Below are positions 47,980-57,476 of a stretch of DNA of 64,000 nt, one piece after another; position 1 is the stretch's first letter, and the number at the start of each line of letters is the position of its first letter. The position numbers and the translations under genes are program-made. The notes beneath the pieces were generated by a model. The model saw nothing but the letters and a program-made list of their open reading frames with translations. It did not search any database and was not told the origin of the DNA. Origin of the DNA: Escherichia phage AV124; sequence record OR352954. One strand, 5' to 3'.

Positions 47980-48333
47980 TTACTCCTCAGCGGTCGTTAC
48001 CTCATCATCAGGAGACGAGTAAAGTAGTTGCAAGTCTGACAAAAATCCAATATTGTATCTCCCTACACGTTTAGTTGATTGAGTAAAAGAAAATACTCTC
48101 AACTGACCATCGGGAATATTGTCAAGATATTTGAAAGGCGCGAATATATCGAAAATTGTAGTTAATTTGAAAGATATTGTAGGTTCAGAACCAACATCCC
48201 CGAAATAGACAAGCCAAGACTCATCTCTTTCGTTCCATTGAAAACGCATTTCATAAGTTTGGCTATCTAGAACCACACGCATTGTCTGATCAGCAAAGCC
48301 GTCTATGTCCCAAGAAAATGTGATCGCCGCCAT
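47980..48333 (-). CDS. tail/baseplate protein, unknown
   Basis: ORF track, 117 aa. Confidence 0.3.
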   Translation of the reverse strand: MAAITFSWDIDGFADQTMRVVLDSQTYEMRFQWNERDESWLVYFGDVGSEPTISFKLTTIFDIFAPFKYLDNIPDGQLRVFSFTQSTKRVGRYNIGFLSDLQLLYSSPDDEVTTAEE

Positions 48334-49205
48334 TAGTTACCTACCGCTTTATTATAGTCGATGATATTACCATTTTGGTCCTTGAGCTTGCCATCCGGCG
48401 TCAACGTACCAACCACCTGGTCTTGCTTGGTATAATCGCCGATACCCATCTCATCTGCAACCTTTTGCCAACCATCTTGATTAGGACCAGCAAACTTAGT
48501 TCTCCTTGCAGTGACTTCTACTTCGTCATCTGTAGCCGAAGACTGAACAGAACCTTTCTGCTTTGTTTTCCCACCAGATTTTTTAGGGTCGGTATATACC
48601 GTGGCTAAGGCTGTCTTCCCAAGGGTAAAAGTACGGAACTCTGTAAACTCAAGTTGGAACACCAAAGCCGCCCCATCAGAATTGCTACGACTTGCTTCCA
48701 AGGAAGTCAAGATATAGTTTTCAATGATACGATCTTCCGTTACAAGCGTAACGATTTGGCGATCAGTGATGAGCCTTTCTAAAACCTCTAAGGCCTTTTC
48801 AGGACGTCGTGATTCGACAGGATTGTTAGGGTCGGTATCTTTGTCGATATAGTTGTTTTCGATCATATATAGTGGTGAGCTGTTTATTCTCGCACTAAAA
48901 GAGAATTTACCATCCTCTATTACGCCGTGATCACTGTATTTGACCTTATTCTCTACTGCGTAGGAGGTTTTGTCAACAGTTCTTGTATACGTATGGTCTT
49001 CAACAACATCAAATAAGATCGCAATATTATCCGTATAGTTTTTATTTTTTAATTCTACATTCCTTCCGCCATTATTAAGGCCGCTAGCAAACAACGTATA
49101 TTGAACTTCACTACTGGCATTCTGAGCCGTAGAGATCTTTTGCTCAACGTTTGCTGTAGCCTTACCTTGTTGCGGTTTGGACTGGTTGCTTGCTACAACT
49201 GCCAT
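48333..49205 (-). CDS. tail protein distal to tape measure (baseplate hub/DNA-circulation position)
   Basis: 290 aa immediately after TMP gene. Confidence 0.35.
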   Translation of the reverse strand: MAVVASNQSKPQQGKATANVEQKISTAQNASSEVQYTLFASGLNNGGRNVELKNKNYTDNIAILFDVVEDHTYTRTVDKTSYAVENKVKYSDHGVIEDGKFSFSARINSSPLYMIENNYIDKDTDPNNPVESRRPEKALEVLERLITDRQIVTLVTEDRIIENYILTSLEASRSNSDGAALVFQLEFTEFRTFTLGKTALATVYTDPKKSGGKTKQKGSVQSSATDDEVEVTARRTKFAGPNQDGWQKVADEMGIGDYTKQDQVVGTLTPDGKLKDQNGNIIDYNKAVGN

Positions 49206-49265
49206 AAAACCTCCTCAATAAGCTTGTTATGATTTTATCATAAATCTTCAAATAAAACAACGAAA

Positions 49266-49283
49266 AAGGGGCCGAAGCCCCTT
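49266..49283 (-). terminator. intrinsic terminator after tape measure gene (minus strand)
   Basis: AAGGGGC-CGAA-GCCCCTT hairpin then TTTTCGTTGTTTTATTT on minus strand. Confidence 0.55.
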
Positions 49284-49286
49284 GTG

Positions 49287-51698
49287 TTAATCTGGGACAC
49301 CAAGGATTAAATTGATGTTGCCCATATTCGATGCTTCGATCTGTTGGTCAATCATATCCTTCAGCTCTCCGGCATCCAGTTTGATAGTTATCTCACCAGA
49401 GACAGGCTCTGTCGGAATAACCATAGGCGGGGCAGCAGAAGACTTACCATTCGCCCCAGGCATCTGATTGTTCAGATAATCTAGGGTTGCCTTATCAGGC
49501 CCCCAGAGGTTAGAGAACCAGCTTCCTGTTTTTCCACTGACAATGCTATCATGCACATTGGAGAACACTTTACCACGCTCTTCGTTGAAGTCGCTGTACG
49601 GATTATATCTGTCGTTAAGTTCAGATCCTAAAGTGAACAGGGACAGCAGTCCACCTAAGGAACCTGCCCCTTTAAAGAACTTACCTACACGAGAGAATCT
49701 ACCACCCTTAGCAGGGCCAGCTCCGCCACCACCTTCGCCACCTTTAGGCGTAGCTCCATCACCTTTACCAAAAACAGCACCAATACTCTTGATCGCCCCA
49801 GCAAGGCCTGCGATCTTAGCGAGGATGTTGAACACCCTGACCAGAGATGTTGCAAAGAATATAGCACCTATTCCCCAGCCTACCCAGTTCCATGTCTTAG
49901 AAATATCTTCCCCATTCTTTCTGAATATGGGAATATATCTTTCTAAGATCGCATTAACCATCGTAAAGGCATTATACAGAGCATAAGGTATCTTCATAAA
50001 CCCGTCTATGAATCCTGCGACAAACTGCCCCACAGCTGCGGCGAGTGGACCATTAGAGTCCAAGATCTTGGCAAGGTTATTAAATGTCTCTGTCATCTTA
50101 TCACCAAAACCAGATTCGAAGATCTTGTTCTGGAAGTTCATCCAAGTCTGGGTAAGGCGTTGCATAGCAACCCGGTTACCTTGTAAAGCTTTCTGTAGTG
50201 CTCCACCCTTGTTAGCAGCTTCAGCATAGTATTTAGCAACGAACGGAAGCACTTTAGCAGCCTTCAGCTCACCCTTCTGCATCATATCCATCAATTTAGT
50301 AACGTCGATGGTGGAGTCGTTAAAAGCTTCTTGCGATGCCTTTATGAACACCTGTAATGATCCGGGGATACCTTCAGCAAGCTGTTGCTTAAGTTCTTCA
50401 GCCATGATCTGGCCTTTACCCATCATCTGTTGAATAGCTGTAATACCGCGTTGGTATTTTACAGGGTCAACCTGAAGGGCAGTTGCATACTCAGAGAATG
50501 ACTTGAAGAGTTGGTCGTTTTGTGATTTAGTAAGCACACCGTTTGCTGCGATAGACATTTGTGTGTAACCCTGGGCCGCTACCTTAAGGTCGAGACCTAA
50601 ACGATACGCCTGGTTTCTCACAAATTCAATACGCTTACCAGCCTCTGCGGAGTCATCGGATACCATCAGCATTGTTGCTTCCATACCCTGGAAGAACTGA
50701 CCCGTTTTCAGAACACTTGCAGCGGCATTAAACGCCCCGTATGCTGCTGTAACGCTGATCAATGTGCTACGTAAAGTTCTCAGACCATCATTCAGGGAAA
50801 GAGTATTAGCGCTGGCCTTACGAAGTCCAGTTTCCATAGAGGCAAGTTCTGCACGGAAATTTGATGCCTTCATGTTCCCGCTCTTCATATAGCGGTTGAC
50901 TAAAGAATCATACCCCGGCATCTTTCTTGCATATTTGTCACCATACTTGGCACGAAGACGAACGTTGGCGTTAGAGATTGTGCTGATCTTCGCTTCACGC
51001 GCTCTTGCTCTTCTCCCTGCCTCGCGCTCTTCATCGCGAATCATTTTCTCTCTGGCTTTATTGTCAGCCTTGTCCTGTTTTACTTGTTCTCGGCGTATTC
51101 TCGCATGGCCACGTTCCATTGCCTTGCGTTGCTGTTCAGCAACTTTCGGGTCATAAGCCGTAGCATTTGCATTGAGAATCGGAGATCCCCAGCCCTGAGA
51201 ACCTTTATTTTTTAGACTCTCTTCATATGCTGCCATGCGAGCGGCAGCGATAGAAGGATTCGTACCATACGTACCATTCTTAGCCGCAAGCTTTTCTTGT
51301 TGACGCAGTTGAGCCTTTAAAGCATTATAGTTTGCCTGAGATTCTGGAGACCGTCCAGCCGTTAATCTCGATACGGCTGCTTTTCTCCTGGCTTTTTCTA
51401 TCTTATCAATGGCCTCTCTTGCACGAGCTTCCTTTTTAGCCATCGCGATGTTATGTGCGGTAGTTTTTGCTGCTTCAGCTCGTTCTACTTGATTGAGACG
51501 CTTGTTTACCATCCTTGCTTGCATGGCAGAACGTTTAAGAGCAGCAGCGGGATCGGCTTTAGCAGAAGAAAAAGCTTTCCCGGTCTTTTCCCATTCGGAG
51601 CGAATTTGCTTTACAGCCTTCAAGGCGCGTCCAAAGGACGTTTTGTCAACGTCCCATGTGACCTTGTTGACTGTAGAAGTCACTATAATATTTGCCAT
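49287..51698 (-). CDS. tail tape measure protein
   Basis: 803 aa; N-terminal Ala/Lys/Arg/Glu coiled coil, central hydrophobic block, Gly-rich segment; follows frameshifted chaperone. Confidence 0.8.
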   Translation of the reverse strand: MANIIVTSTVNKVTWDVDKTSFGRALKAVKQIRSEWEKTGKAFSSAKADPAAALKRSAMQARMVNKRLNQVERAEAAKTTAHNIAMAKKEARAREAIDKIEKARRKAAVSRLTAGRSPESQANYNALKAQLRQQEKLAAKNGTYGTNPSIAAARMAAYEESLKNKGSQGWGSPILNANATAYDPKVAEQQRKAMERGHARIRREQVKQDKADNKAREKMIRDEEREAGRRARAREAKISTISNANVRLRAKYGDKYARKMPGYDSLVNRYMKSGNMKASNFRAELASMETGLRKASANTLSLNDGLRTLRSTLISVTAAYGAFNAAASVLKTGQFFQGMEATMLMVSDDSAEAGKRIEFVRNQAYRLGLDLKVAAQGYTQMSIAANGVLTKSQNDQLFKSFSEYATALQVDPVKYQRGITAIQQMMGKGQIMAEELKQQLAEGIPGSLQVFIKASQEAFNDSTIDVTKLMDMMQKGELKAAKVLPFVAKYYAEAANKGGALQKALQGNRVAMQRLTQTWMNFQNKIFESGFGDKMTETFNNLAKILDSNGPLAAAVGQFVAGFIDGFMKIPYALYNAFTMVNAILERYIPIFRKNGEDISKTWNWVGWGIGAIFFATSLVRVFNILAKIAGLAGAIKSIGAVFGKGDGATPKGGEGGGGAGPAKGGRFSRVGKFFKGAGSLGGLLSLFTLGSELNDRYNPYSDFNEERGKVFSNVHDSIVSGKTGSWFSNLWGPDKATLDYLNNQMPGANGKSSAAPPMVIPTEPVSGEITIKLDAGELKDMIDQQIEASNMGNINLILGVPD

Positions 51699-51710
51699 AA
51701 TTTCCTCAAT

Positions 51711-51743
51711 AAAAAAGCCAGGCTCCTGAAAAGGAACCTGGCT
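51711..51743 (-). terminator. stem-loop plus U-run immediately upstream of tape measure start (attenuator/terminator candidate)
   Basis: AGCCAGG...CCTGGCT 7-bp stem, then TTTTTATT, GAGGAA SD, ATG on minus strand. Confidence 0.3.
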
Positions 51744-51748
51744 TGAGA

Positions 51749-52135
51749 TTAACCTCTTCTGCCTTTGCTTCGGGGTTTAGCTGCTTCGGCGTCTGCTCTC
51801 GATTTCTCTTCTTTCTCATTAACATCGTTGATGAAATCTTCGACATCGAGATATTCGTTTAGCTTAAGCAAATATTCCATATCGGCAGACTCAAGGGAGA
51901 TATAAGATTCTCCCTTAAAGTTCTTCAGAGCACGGCACCAGAGATAGTCGAACCACGTCAGGGAACTATTTTTTCTTGCATAATCAATAGCTCTTTGGAC
52001 GACTTTAGAAATTTTGGACGGTGTTATTCCGCTGCCACTTCCGTCGGTTCCTGATCCACCGTCGCTACTTGGTGAACCATCCCGAAGTTGCCCAGAAGTC
52101 CCTGAAGGTCTGCGAAACCGTCTTTCGTGAAAAAA
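51749..52135 (-). other. -1 frame extension of the tail assembly chaperone (gpGT-like fusion via programmed frameshift)
   Basis: Slippery heptamer T_TTT_TTC (complement of 52129-52135) in 0 frame; -1 frame open with no start codon for ~125 codons to TAA at 51749-51751 (checked codon by codon). Confidence 0.5.
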
Positions 52136-52503
52136 CAGCCGTAGTTAATCTTCAGAACCTCCGCTACCAATTTGATCAGATCCAACATCTTGTCCTGGAA
52201 GATTGTATCAATATCAATCTTGCCAGCCATTCCGTTCACAGACACATCTTCAAGGATGAGGTCGAATAATTTTTCGATATCATCTTGCTCCATCTGCTCA
52301 AACAGGTATAGAATTGCGGTAGGTAGTGCTTCAGAGAGGTTAGACCCTCCGGTAAACAATGCACCACTAATAGTAGCCATTGGAACTGCGATATAACGAC
52401 CAATCTTAGGAAGGTTTTTCATAACCTTGGACGGAGACCAGTGTGTGATTACAAAGTTCTTACCAGCCAGATCGATTTCTGTGGTAGGTCTAAAATTCAT
52501 CAT
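52024..52503 (-). CDS. tail assembly chaperone (gpG-like, 0-frame product)
   Basis: ATG 52503 (MMNFRPTT...) after AGGAG; sits between tube and tape measure genes. Confidence 0.55.
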   Translation of the reverse strand: MMNFRPTTEIDLAGKNFVITHWSPSKVMKNLPKIGRYIAVPMATISGALFTGGSNLSEALPTAILYLFEQMEQDDIEKLFDLILEDVSVNGMAGKIDIDTIFQDKMLDLIKLVAEVLKINYGCFFTKDGFADLQGLLGNFGMVHQVATVDQEPTEVAAE

Positions 52504-52584
52504 GTGTACGCTCCTGCGTCTTTTAAAGTGTGGATATCCATGCGTGTTTGAAAAGGCCACATCCTTGTGGCACACGAAACGCTA

Positions 52585-53058
52585 TTAGATGATACCTGCA
52601 AGGCCAGCCAGACCGAAGCCTGTAGCGTACAGAGTATCTGGGCTTAACCATGCGTCCAGGATTCCGATTTCCCAGTCCATTTGGCCTACTTCAGTACCGT
52701 AGGTCAGGTCAGGCTGTTTCTGAATCCAACCAACTGTGCTCAGACCCATACCCTGGGAGCCTTCAAGAAGGACAGGGAAGAAAATCAGACCAGTGATGGA
52801 AGCTTGTTTCTGCCAGTTAGCCAAGTACCCGTTCCATACCGAAGTGTTCTGTAGAGAGACAGTCAGGACACCAGATTGGTTACGAGACAGCGCTGCTGAC
52901 AGTTCACCATCAACCCCCATGTGGGGGATGATGTTATCTTCGTTGCGAGCAACGACGATCTTGGTATCCGCTGCGAACCCAGTGACGCGCTGAGTCATCA
53001 TATAGAGACGCGCTTTCTGTGGGTCGTAGGCATACGGGGTTAAAATTCTTGTATCCAT
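52585..53058 (-). CDS. tail tube protein
   Basis: 157 aa, directly downstream of sheath-size gene and upstream of chaperone/TMP. Confidence 0.5.
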   Translation of the reverse strand: MDTRILTPYAYDPQKARLYMMTQRVTGFAADTKIVVARNEDNIIPHMGVDGELSAALSRNQSGVLTVSLQNTSVWNGYLANWQKQASITGLIFFPVLLEGSQGMGLSTVGWIQKQPDLTYGTEVGQMDWEIGILDAWLSPDTLYATGFGLAGLAGII

Positions 53059-53061
53059 TTA

Positions 53062-54558
53062 TTACACTCCTGCTGTTACTTGTCCGCTGGAAGAAGTAGA
53101 CCCGGTTTTGTCTAGCAGAACAGAGATGCGAATCTTGACGAAATGCAAGGAACTGTTGTAGACTAACTCTACCTTAACATTGTTAAGGGTACGAGATGCA
53201 AGGTCGTTAGATGGGATGCTTGCACGAAGCGGAATTGTTACAACCGGATCGTAGAACACCTTGTTGACGGAATCATATCCGGTCAAAATAGACCCATTAG
53301 TGATACCGACGTTCAGAGGACTGTTCATCAGGACTGCTTTTAGGTTCGGCATATCATCATCGCTCATCTTCATGGAAAGGCCAAGATTAGAACGGCGAGA
53401 CATATATGCGAAGATACTCTCTTCACTTCTGAATTTCAGCCAGTGTCCGAAACGAACTACGTCAACATACTGACCGGAAGCACACTTACCTTCCCAGAAT
53501 GCACCAACACCATTAATCATACGATAGAAGTTCAGGTTCTGTCCCCAAATTGTTGGGCGATCGGAAGAACTGAGTGTTGGAGCAACTACGCCAGGCATTG
53601 TCTTCAGGTGAATAGAATCACCATATGAAGGATCATTAGAAGCCATAGCCCCTATGATTCCTCCTTCGGAGAATGCACTATCCGCAAGAGGGTCGTACAT
53701 ACCAATACTGGTATCATATTGGAGAGCTTTTAGCTGATTAGCGATAGAATTGCCATCAACAACCAAGGATAGTTGGTCAGCTGTTGAATATACATGCAGC
53801 TTATAATTAGCAGATGCATAAGCGGCTGCACCAAGAATCGCAGATGCAATATGTTGCTCTGTACTCAGGAAATACCAGTTGTTATTTGCGGTTTCAATCT
53901 CCGGGAGAATTCCGCTAACTGTTTCCGTAGAGGTATTTGTAAGTGTACAATTACCATAATCGATACCGATGCTGAATGGCTCGCCGATAACATCAGAAGA
54001 TGTTGCCATAATGCCCTGGTCAGATTCGGTTGTAACCACCTCGTCATTGTTAGTCGCCAGCAGAGAGCCGTCGCCTTTCGGGGTGATTGTTACAACACCA
54101 GCGGTAGCTACTGCACCGACAATTACGTTAAGCGTGGTATCAGAGTTGATTGCAGATGCTAGGGCTGTTGCAATACTGTCTGGCGTAGATGCGGCAGTAA
54201 CAGGAATAACGATGCTTTTAGTATATGCGCCTGCTGCAACGTTGAAACTTACCGGGTTATTAGGATCTACGTTTGTCTGCCCTGTGAAATTGATAACTGT
54301 TGATTCCCATGCTTGTCTTCCGATCATAAGCGCTTGGGGGCGGAAAGTCCCAGCAAAGGCTTTTGTCGCAAAAGTATACGCAGGGGAACCTACAGCGAAA
54401 CCATCCGCAGCGAGTTCATCCAGATCTGTATATGTACGTACTCGTTCTGGGAAAACGTTGTGAATTGCGATAAATAGAGGGGTTTCAAACCCTACGGTGT
54501 CGATTGGTTGTGTCCCGAGAACAACCGTTACGTCAACAACCTTATCATTATAAGCCAT
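53062..54558 (-). CDS. tail sheath protein
   Basis: 498 aa; sheath-tube-chaperone-TMP order typical of contractile tails. Confidence 0.5.
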   Translation of the reverse strand: MAYNDKVVDVTVVLGTQPIDTVGFETPLFIAIHNVFPERVRTYTDLDELAADGFAVGSPAYTFATKAFAGTFRPQALMIGRQAWESTVINFTGQTNVDPNNPVSFNVAAGAYTKSIVIPVTAASTPDSIATALASAINSDTTLNVIVGAVATAGVVTITPKGDGSLLATNNDEVVTTESDQGIMATSSDVIGEPFSIGIDYGNCTLTNTSTETVSGILPEIETANNNWYFLSTEQHIASAILGAAAYASANYKLHVYSTADQLSLVVDGNSIANQLKALQYDTSIGMYDPLADSAFSEGGIIGAMASNDPSYGDSIHLKTMPGVVAPTLSSSDRPTIWGQNLNFYRMINGVGAFWEGKCASGQYVDVVRFGHWLKFRSEESIFAYMSRRSNLGLSMKMSDDDMPNLKAVLMNSPLNVGITNGSILTGYDSVNKVFYDPVVTIPLRASIPSNDLASRTLNNVKVELVYNSSLHFVKIRISVLLDKTGSTSSSGQVTAGV

Positions 54559-54590
54559 TGATTTCCTCTTCTTCTATTTCTTTCATAAAG

Positions 54591-55136
54591 TTATTGTTGA
54601 TCATCTGGAGCCGGATAGTAATAAACCATCTCTGCATTCACCCTTTCGATATCCTCGAAGGCCCCTGTATCTGTCACGCCAACGCAGACGTTAAACGTGA
54701 TAAGTACAGTTGCACGGTTTTCGAAGGTTTGCATGTTCAACGGAACTCTCTGGCGCGATACCGTTGAGGAAGAAGAATATGCAAATGGGGAATTGGTTGG
54801 AAAATACTTGTCGCAGATGTAGGGGAGGCTCAAGGCCTGTAGAATCCGAGTTAATGCATTTGATGCTTTTCCTCGAAATGCTGTCAGGTTGTAAACCACC
54901 TCGTAGTTGTGAGTTATTACAGCGTTACCGCTCTCATCTACCCACTCGTTCGCAGCCCAGTCCATCTGGTCAGCGGTAACTTGGTTGAGCATGATGAACT
55001 CACCCTCTACCTTGGATATGACGTCTCCGTCCCCGTCAATTATTTTTCTCCCCGTGACTTCTTTGCAAAATCTGGCGAGCGTAACTGCGAGGGCGTCAAA
55101 AATATCATCGGAGTTTGTTACGAAGTCTGCCATCAT
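54591..55136 (-). CDS. neck/tail terminator protein
   Basis: Small late gene between head and sheath genes, overlapping neighbours. Confidence 0.3.
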   Translation of the reverse strand: MMADFVTNSDDIFDALAVTLARFCKEVTGRKIIDGDGDVISKVEGEFIMLNQVTADQMDWAANEWVDESGNAVITHNYEVVYNLTAFRGKASNALTRILQALSLPYICDKYFPTNSPFAYSSSSTVSRQRVPLNMQTFENRATVLITFNVCVGVTDTGAFEDIERVNAEMVYYYPAPDDQQ

Positions 55137-55570
55137 AGGCCTCCTTCTGTCCCCGCAGGCGTAGAGATCACATACGCTCTGTAACGGCTCACCCCTGTCG
55201 TCTGATACGGATCAGACTTGATAACAGTAAACCATTCCATTTCCCCACGGGAATTCATGAGCTGGATTTGATCTGCTAGCAGGAAAGAACCTTCGACAGG
55301 ACCTTTAAGAAGAGTTGACGAATATACAGTGAATGAATCATACTGTCTGCCGCCAGCCTCGGTCAACTGAGAAGTGTAGTCTCTTGCTGCCTTGCCTGTC
55401 AGAGGCTGAACAACGCATTCCAAGACATCAAACTCTTCATACTGAATAGCGATCTCTTGGTTTTCGAATGGATTGTCTGGGTCTGGCTGGGAAAAAGTAC
55501 GATGTCTTCCGATGAAGGTCTTTCTCGGAATCAGCTTATTCCTGCCTATTAGTCTGTAGCCTGGTGTCAT
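55133..55570 (-). CDS. head-tail adaptor/neck protein
   Basis: ORF track, start-stop overlap with neighbours. Confidence 0.3.
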   Translation of the reverse strand: MTPGYRLIGRNKLIPRKTFIGRHRTFSQPDPDNPFENQEIAIQYEEFDVLECVVQPLTGKAARDYTSQLTEAGGRQYDSFTVYSSTLLKGPVEGSFLLADQIQLMNSRGEMEWFTVIKSDPYQTTGVSRYRAYVISTPAGTEGGL

Positions 55571-56040
55571 TTAGTCCCCTTCCCAGTGGAAATCTTATAG
55601 GTTGCAGATGACTTCAGGTCGCCGTAGTGGAACATGGCCTCTTTAAATCCTTTGACATCAGCCCACGCATCAGATACGATGTTATTAGGGAACAGACCAC
55701 CTTCGATGACATATCTAATCTTGTCTGCACCTGCTTGACCGATTTGTTTCAGGACTGGAGTCGGGTCTTGTGCTCCCGCAGCCAATTGACCAAAGAGGTC
55801 GATCTGAAATTTTTTAAGTTCTTTCTGGAAAAGAACACCCGCGCTGGTCATGAAAGTACGAGCCGGGAGGTTATTCCAACCCTCTTGATGAATCGCTGCA
55901 AGAGTTGCAGTATTCAGGCCGGAATAGTGAGGATCGTCGAAAAAGCCGTAGCTTACCTGACGATAATCCAGCTTCTTAACCACATTAAAGAAGTTCATCA
56001 GCTGGCTAAGATCTTGCGTACTTGTGAAATTTGGTCTCAT
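55567..56040 (-). CDS. head completion/neck protein
   Basis: ORF track. Confidence 0.3.
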   Translation of the reverse strand: MRPNFTSTQDLSQLMNFFNVVKKLDYRQVSYGFFDDPHYSGLNTATLAAIHQEGWNNLPARTFMTSAGVLFQKELKKFQIDLFGQLAAGAQDPTPVLKQIGQAGADKIRYVIEGGLFPNNIVSDAWADVKGFKEAMFHYGDLKSSATYKISTGKGTK

Positions 56041-56105
56041 GACTGCATCCGTTTAGGTATTTTACCACATTATCTTAGCAAAATCAATGATAAAGGTTTG
56101 GATAA

Positions 56106-56624
56106 TTAGTAAGGCCAACGGCGAGGGTATCGACGAGGAATTCCGGGTACTCCAGTCTGTGGAATTATGCCACCCACATCGAAAGGTCCACGGGAGTTTC
56201 TGTCGTATTTAACACGGTTGAACTCGTCTTCACGAACGCCCCCAACGATAACAAGGCCTCTGACCGCACTTAAGCAATCATTGACATAGTCAGGGTTTTC
56301 AAGCAGCCAGTCGAGGAAGTCTTTCCAATTCTGGTAAGGAGAACCACCTTTAATCTGGATAGTTTCATCACCAATCTTTTCAAGGCGATCCGTGATTGAT
56401 GCCTCTCCTGTGTTCACTTCCTGAAGAATCAACCAACGTACCACGTCAACAAGGGTATTGTAAATAACGTAGTAAACGGTGCATGGCGTGTTATCATCAC
56501 TGGGGTAATTAGCCTTTGATTTCTCTATTGCCAAAAAGGCAAGGATAATCTCGTCGGGTAAGACTTCCGGGGAAATGGACCCAAGGAGCAGGCGGATATA
56601 AGCAACAATTTCTTGGTCTGTCAT
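56106..56624 (-). CDS. head-tail connector protein
   Basis: ORF track, 172 aa. Confidence 0.3.
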   Translation of the reverse strand: MTDQEIVAYIRLLLGSISPEVLPDEIILAFLAIEKSKANYPSDDNTPCTVYYVIYNTLVDVVRWLILQEVNTGEASITDRLEKIGDETIQIKGGSPYQNWKDFLDWLLENPDYVNDCLSAVRGLVIVGGVREDEFNRVKYDRNSRGPFDVGGIIPQTGVPGIPRRYPRRWPY

Positions 56625-56656
56625 TTTCGCTCCTTCAAGCTCTTCTATTTATCAAT

Positions 56657-56722
56657 ATCTTATCATAGAACGTCGATTTTGTCATCAAAAACACTTGACA
56701 TCGTGGAACAGGGTGCTATTCT
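56657..56722. promoter_or_regulatory. divergent promoter candidates
   Basis: Plus strand: TTGACA (56695-56700), 16-nt spacer, TGcTATTCT extended -10 (56714-56722). Minus strand: ATGACA (56685-56680), 17-nt spacer, TAAGAT (56662-56657). Confidence 0.35.
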
Positions 56723-56748
56723 CAAAGAAAATTATTGAGGAGAATCCC

Positions 56749-57147
56749 ATGAAAGCAGTAATAGCCGGTGTTATCACAGCCATCGTTGTCTCGGGTGGAC
56801 TTATCTACTTTATGAAAACCAACCCCAATATGAACAAATTCGACGATGTTTCTTCAAGCTGGTTGTCGGCTGAAGAAAAAACAGAGGCCATTCATCGGAT
56901 TGCTGGGATGAAATGCGATACAGAATTCAGAAAGGCATTCATTCCCGGCACTCTGACGACGCAGACAGGTATGTTAGATGAGATGGAAGAACAAGAAGAT
57001 AGTTTCCAAGTAATGAGAAATATGGGGATAGTGAACGGTACTGTTCTTGCAACAGGAACTTACATCTGTAAATATTATAAGGATGGCCGACAACCTTATC
57101 TTCAGGTATCTTTGAAACCGGAGGCGAGACCGCTACTAAAAAAATAA
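56749..57147 (+). CDS. membrane-anchored protein encoded opposite to the structural operon (moron)
   Basis: ATG 56749 after GAGGAG SD; N-terminal TM 'AVIAGVITAIVVSGGLIYF'; own promoter and terminator. Confidence 0.5.
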   Translation: MKAVIAGVITAIVVSGGLIYFMKTNPNMNKFDDVSSSWLSAEEKTEAIHRIAGMKCDTEFRKAFIPGTLTTQTGMLDEMEEQEDSFQVMRNMGIVNGTVLATGTYICKYYKDGRQPYLQVSLKPEARPLLKK

Positions 57148-57163
57148 GGCCCCGGAGGGCCTT
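57147..57163. terminator. bidirectional terminator
   Basis: AGGCCC-CGGA-GGGCCT hairpin between convergent stops; T-run on minus side, TTATATT on plus side. Confidence 0.5.
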
Positions 57164-57167
57164 TATA

Positions 57168-57464
57168 TTACGCCATAATGCCAGCAGCCTTCAGCTTGGA
57201 AAGAAGGGCATTAAAGTCGGTAACCAGTCCAGCTACGTCAGTCGCCACCGTGTTGGCCTGTGTTTCTGCCATTTTAACACCGCCAACCACAGAAGTGGTT
57301 GCAGCCACGGGAGCAAAAGTGGTAGGCTTGCCAGTAATGTCGGCCCATGCCACAGCTCCACCGCCTGCGACAGCGATTACATCAGCGAAGGAAATAACTC
57401 CGCCAGTTGCAAGGTCAATCAGTTTTGTACCGTAGACCAGTCCAGCTACACCAGATGTTGCCAT
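57168..57464 (-). CDS. virion protein paralogous to N-terminus of the collagen-like protein
   Basis: 'MATSGVAGLVYGTKLIDLATGG' resembles '[23 protein letters not shown]' of upstream gene. Confidence 0.4.
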   Translation of the reverse strand: MATSGVAGLVYGTKLIDLATGGVISFADVIAVAGGGAVAWADITGKPTTFAPVAATTSVVGGVKMAETQANTVATDVAGLVTDFNALLSKLKAAGIMA

Positions 57465-57476
57465 TTTTCAATCTCC

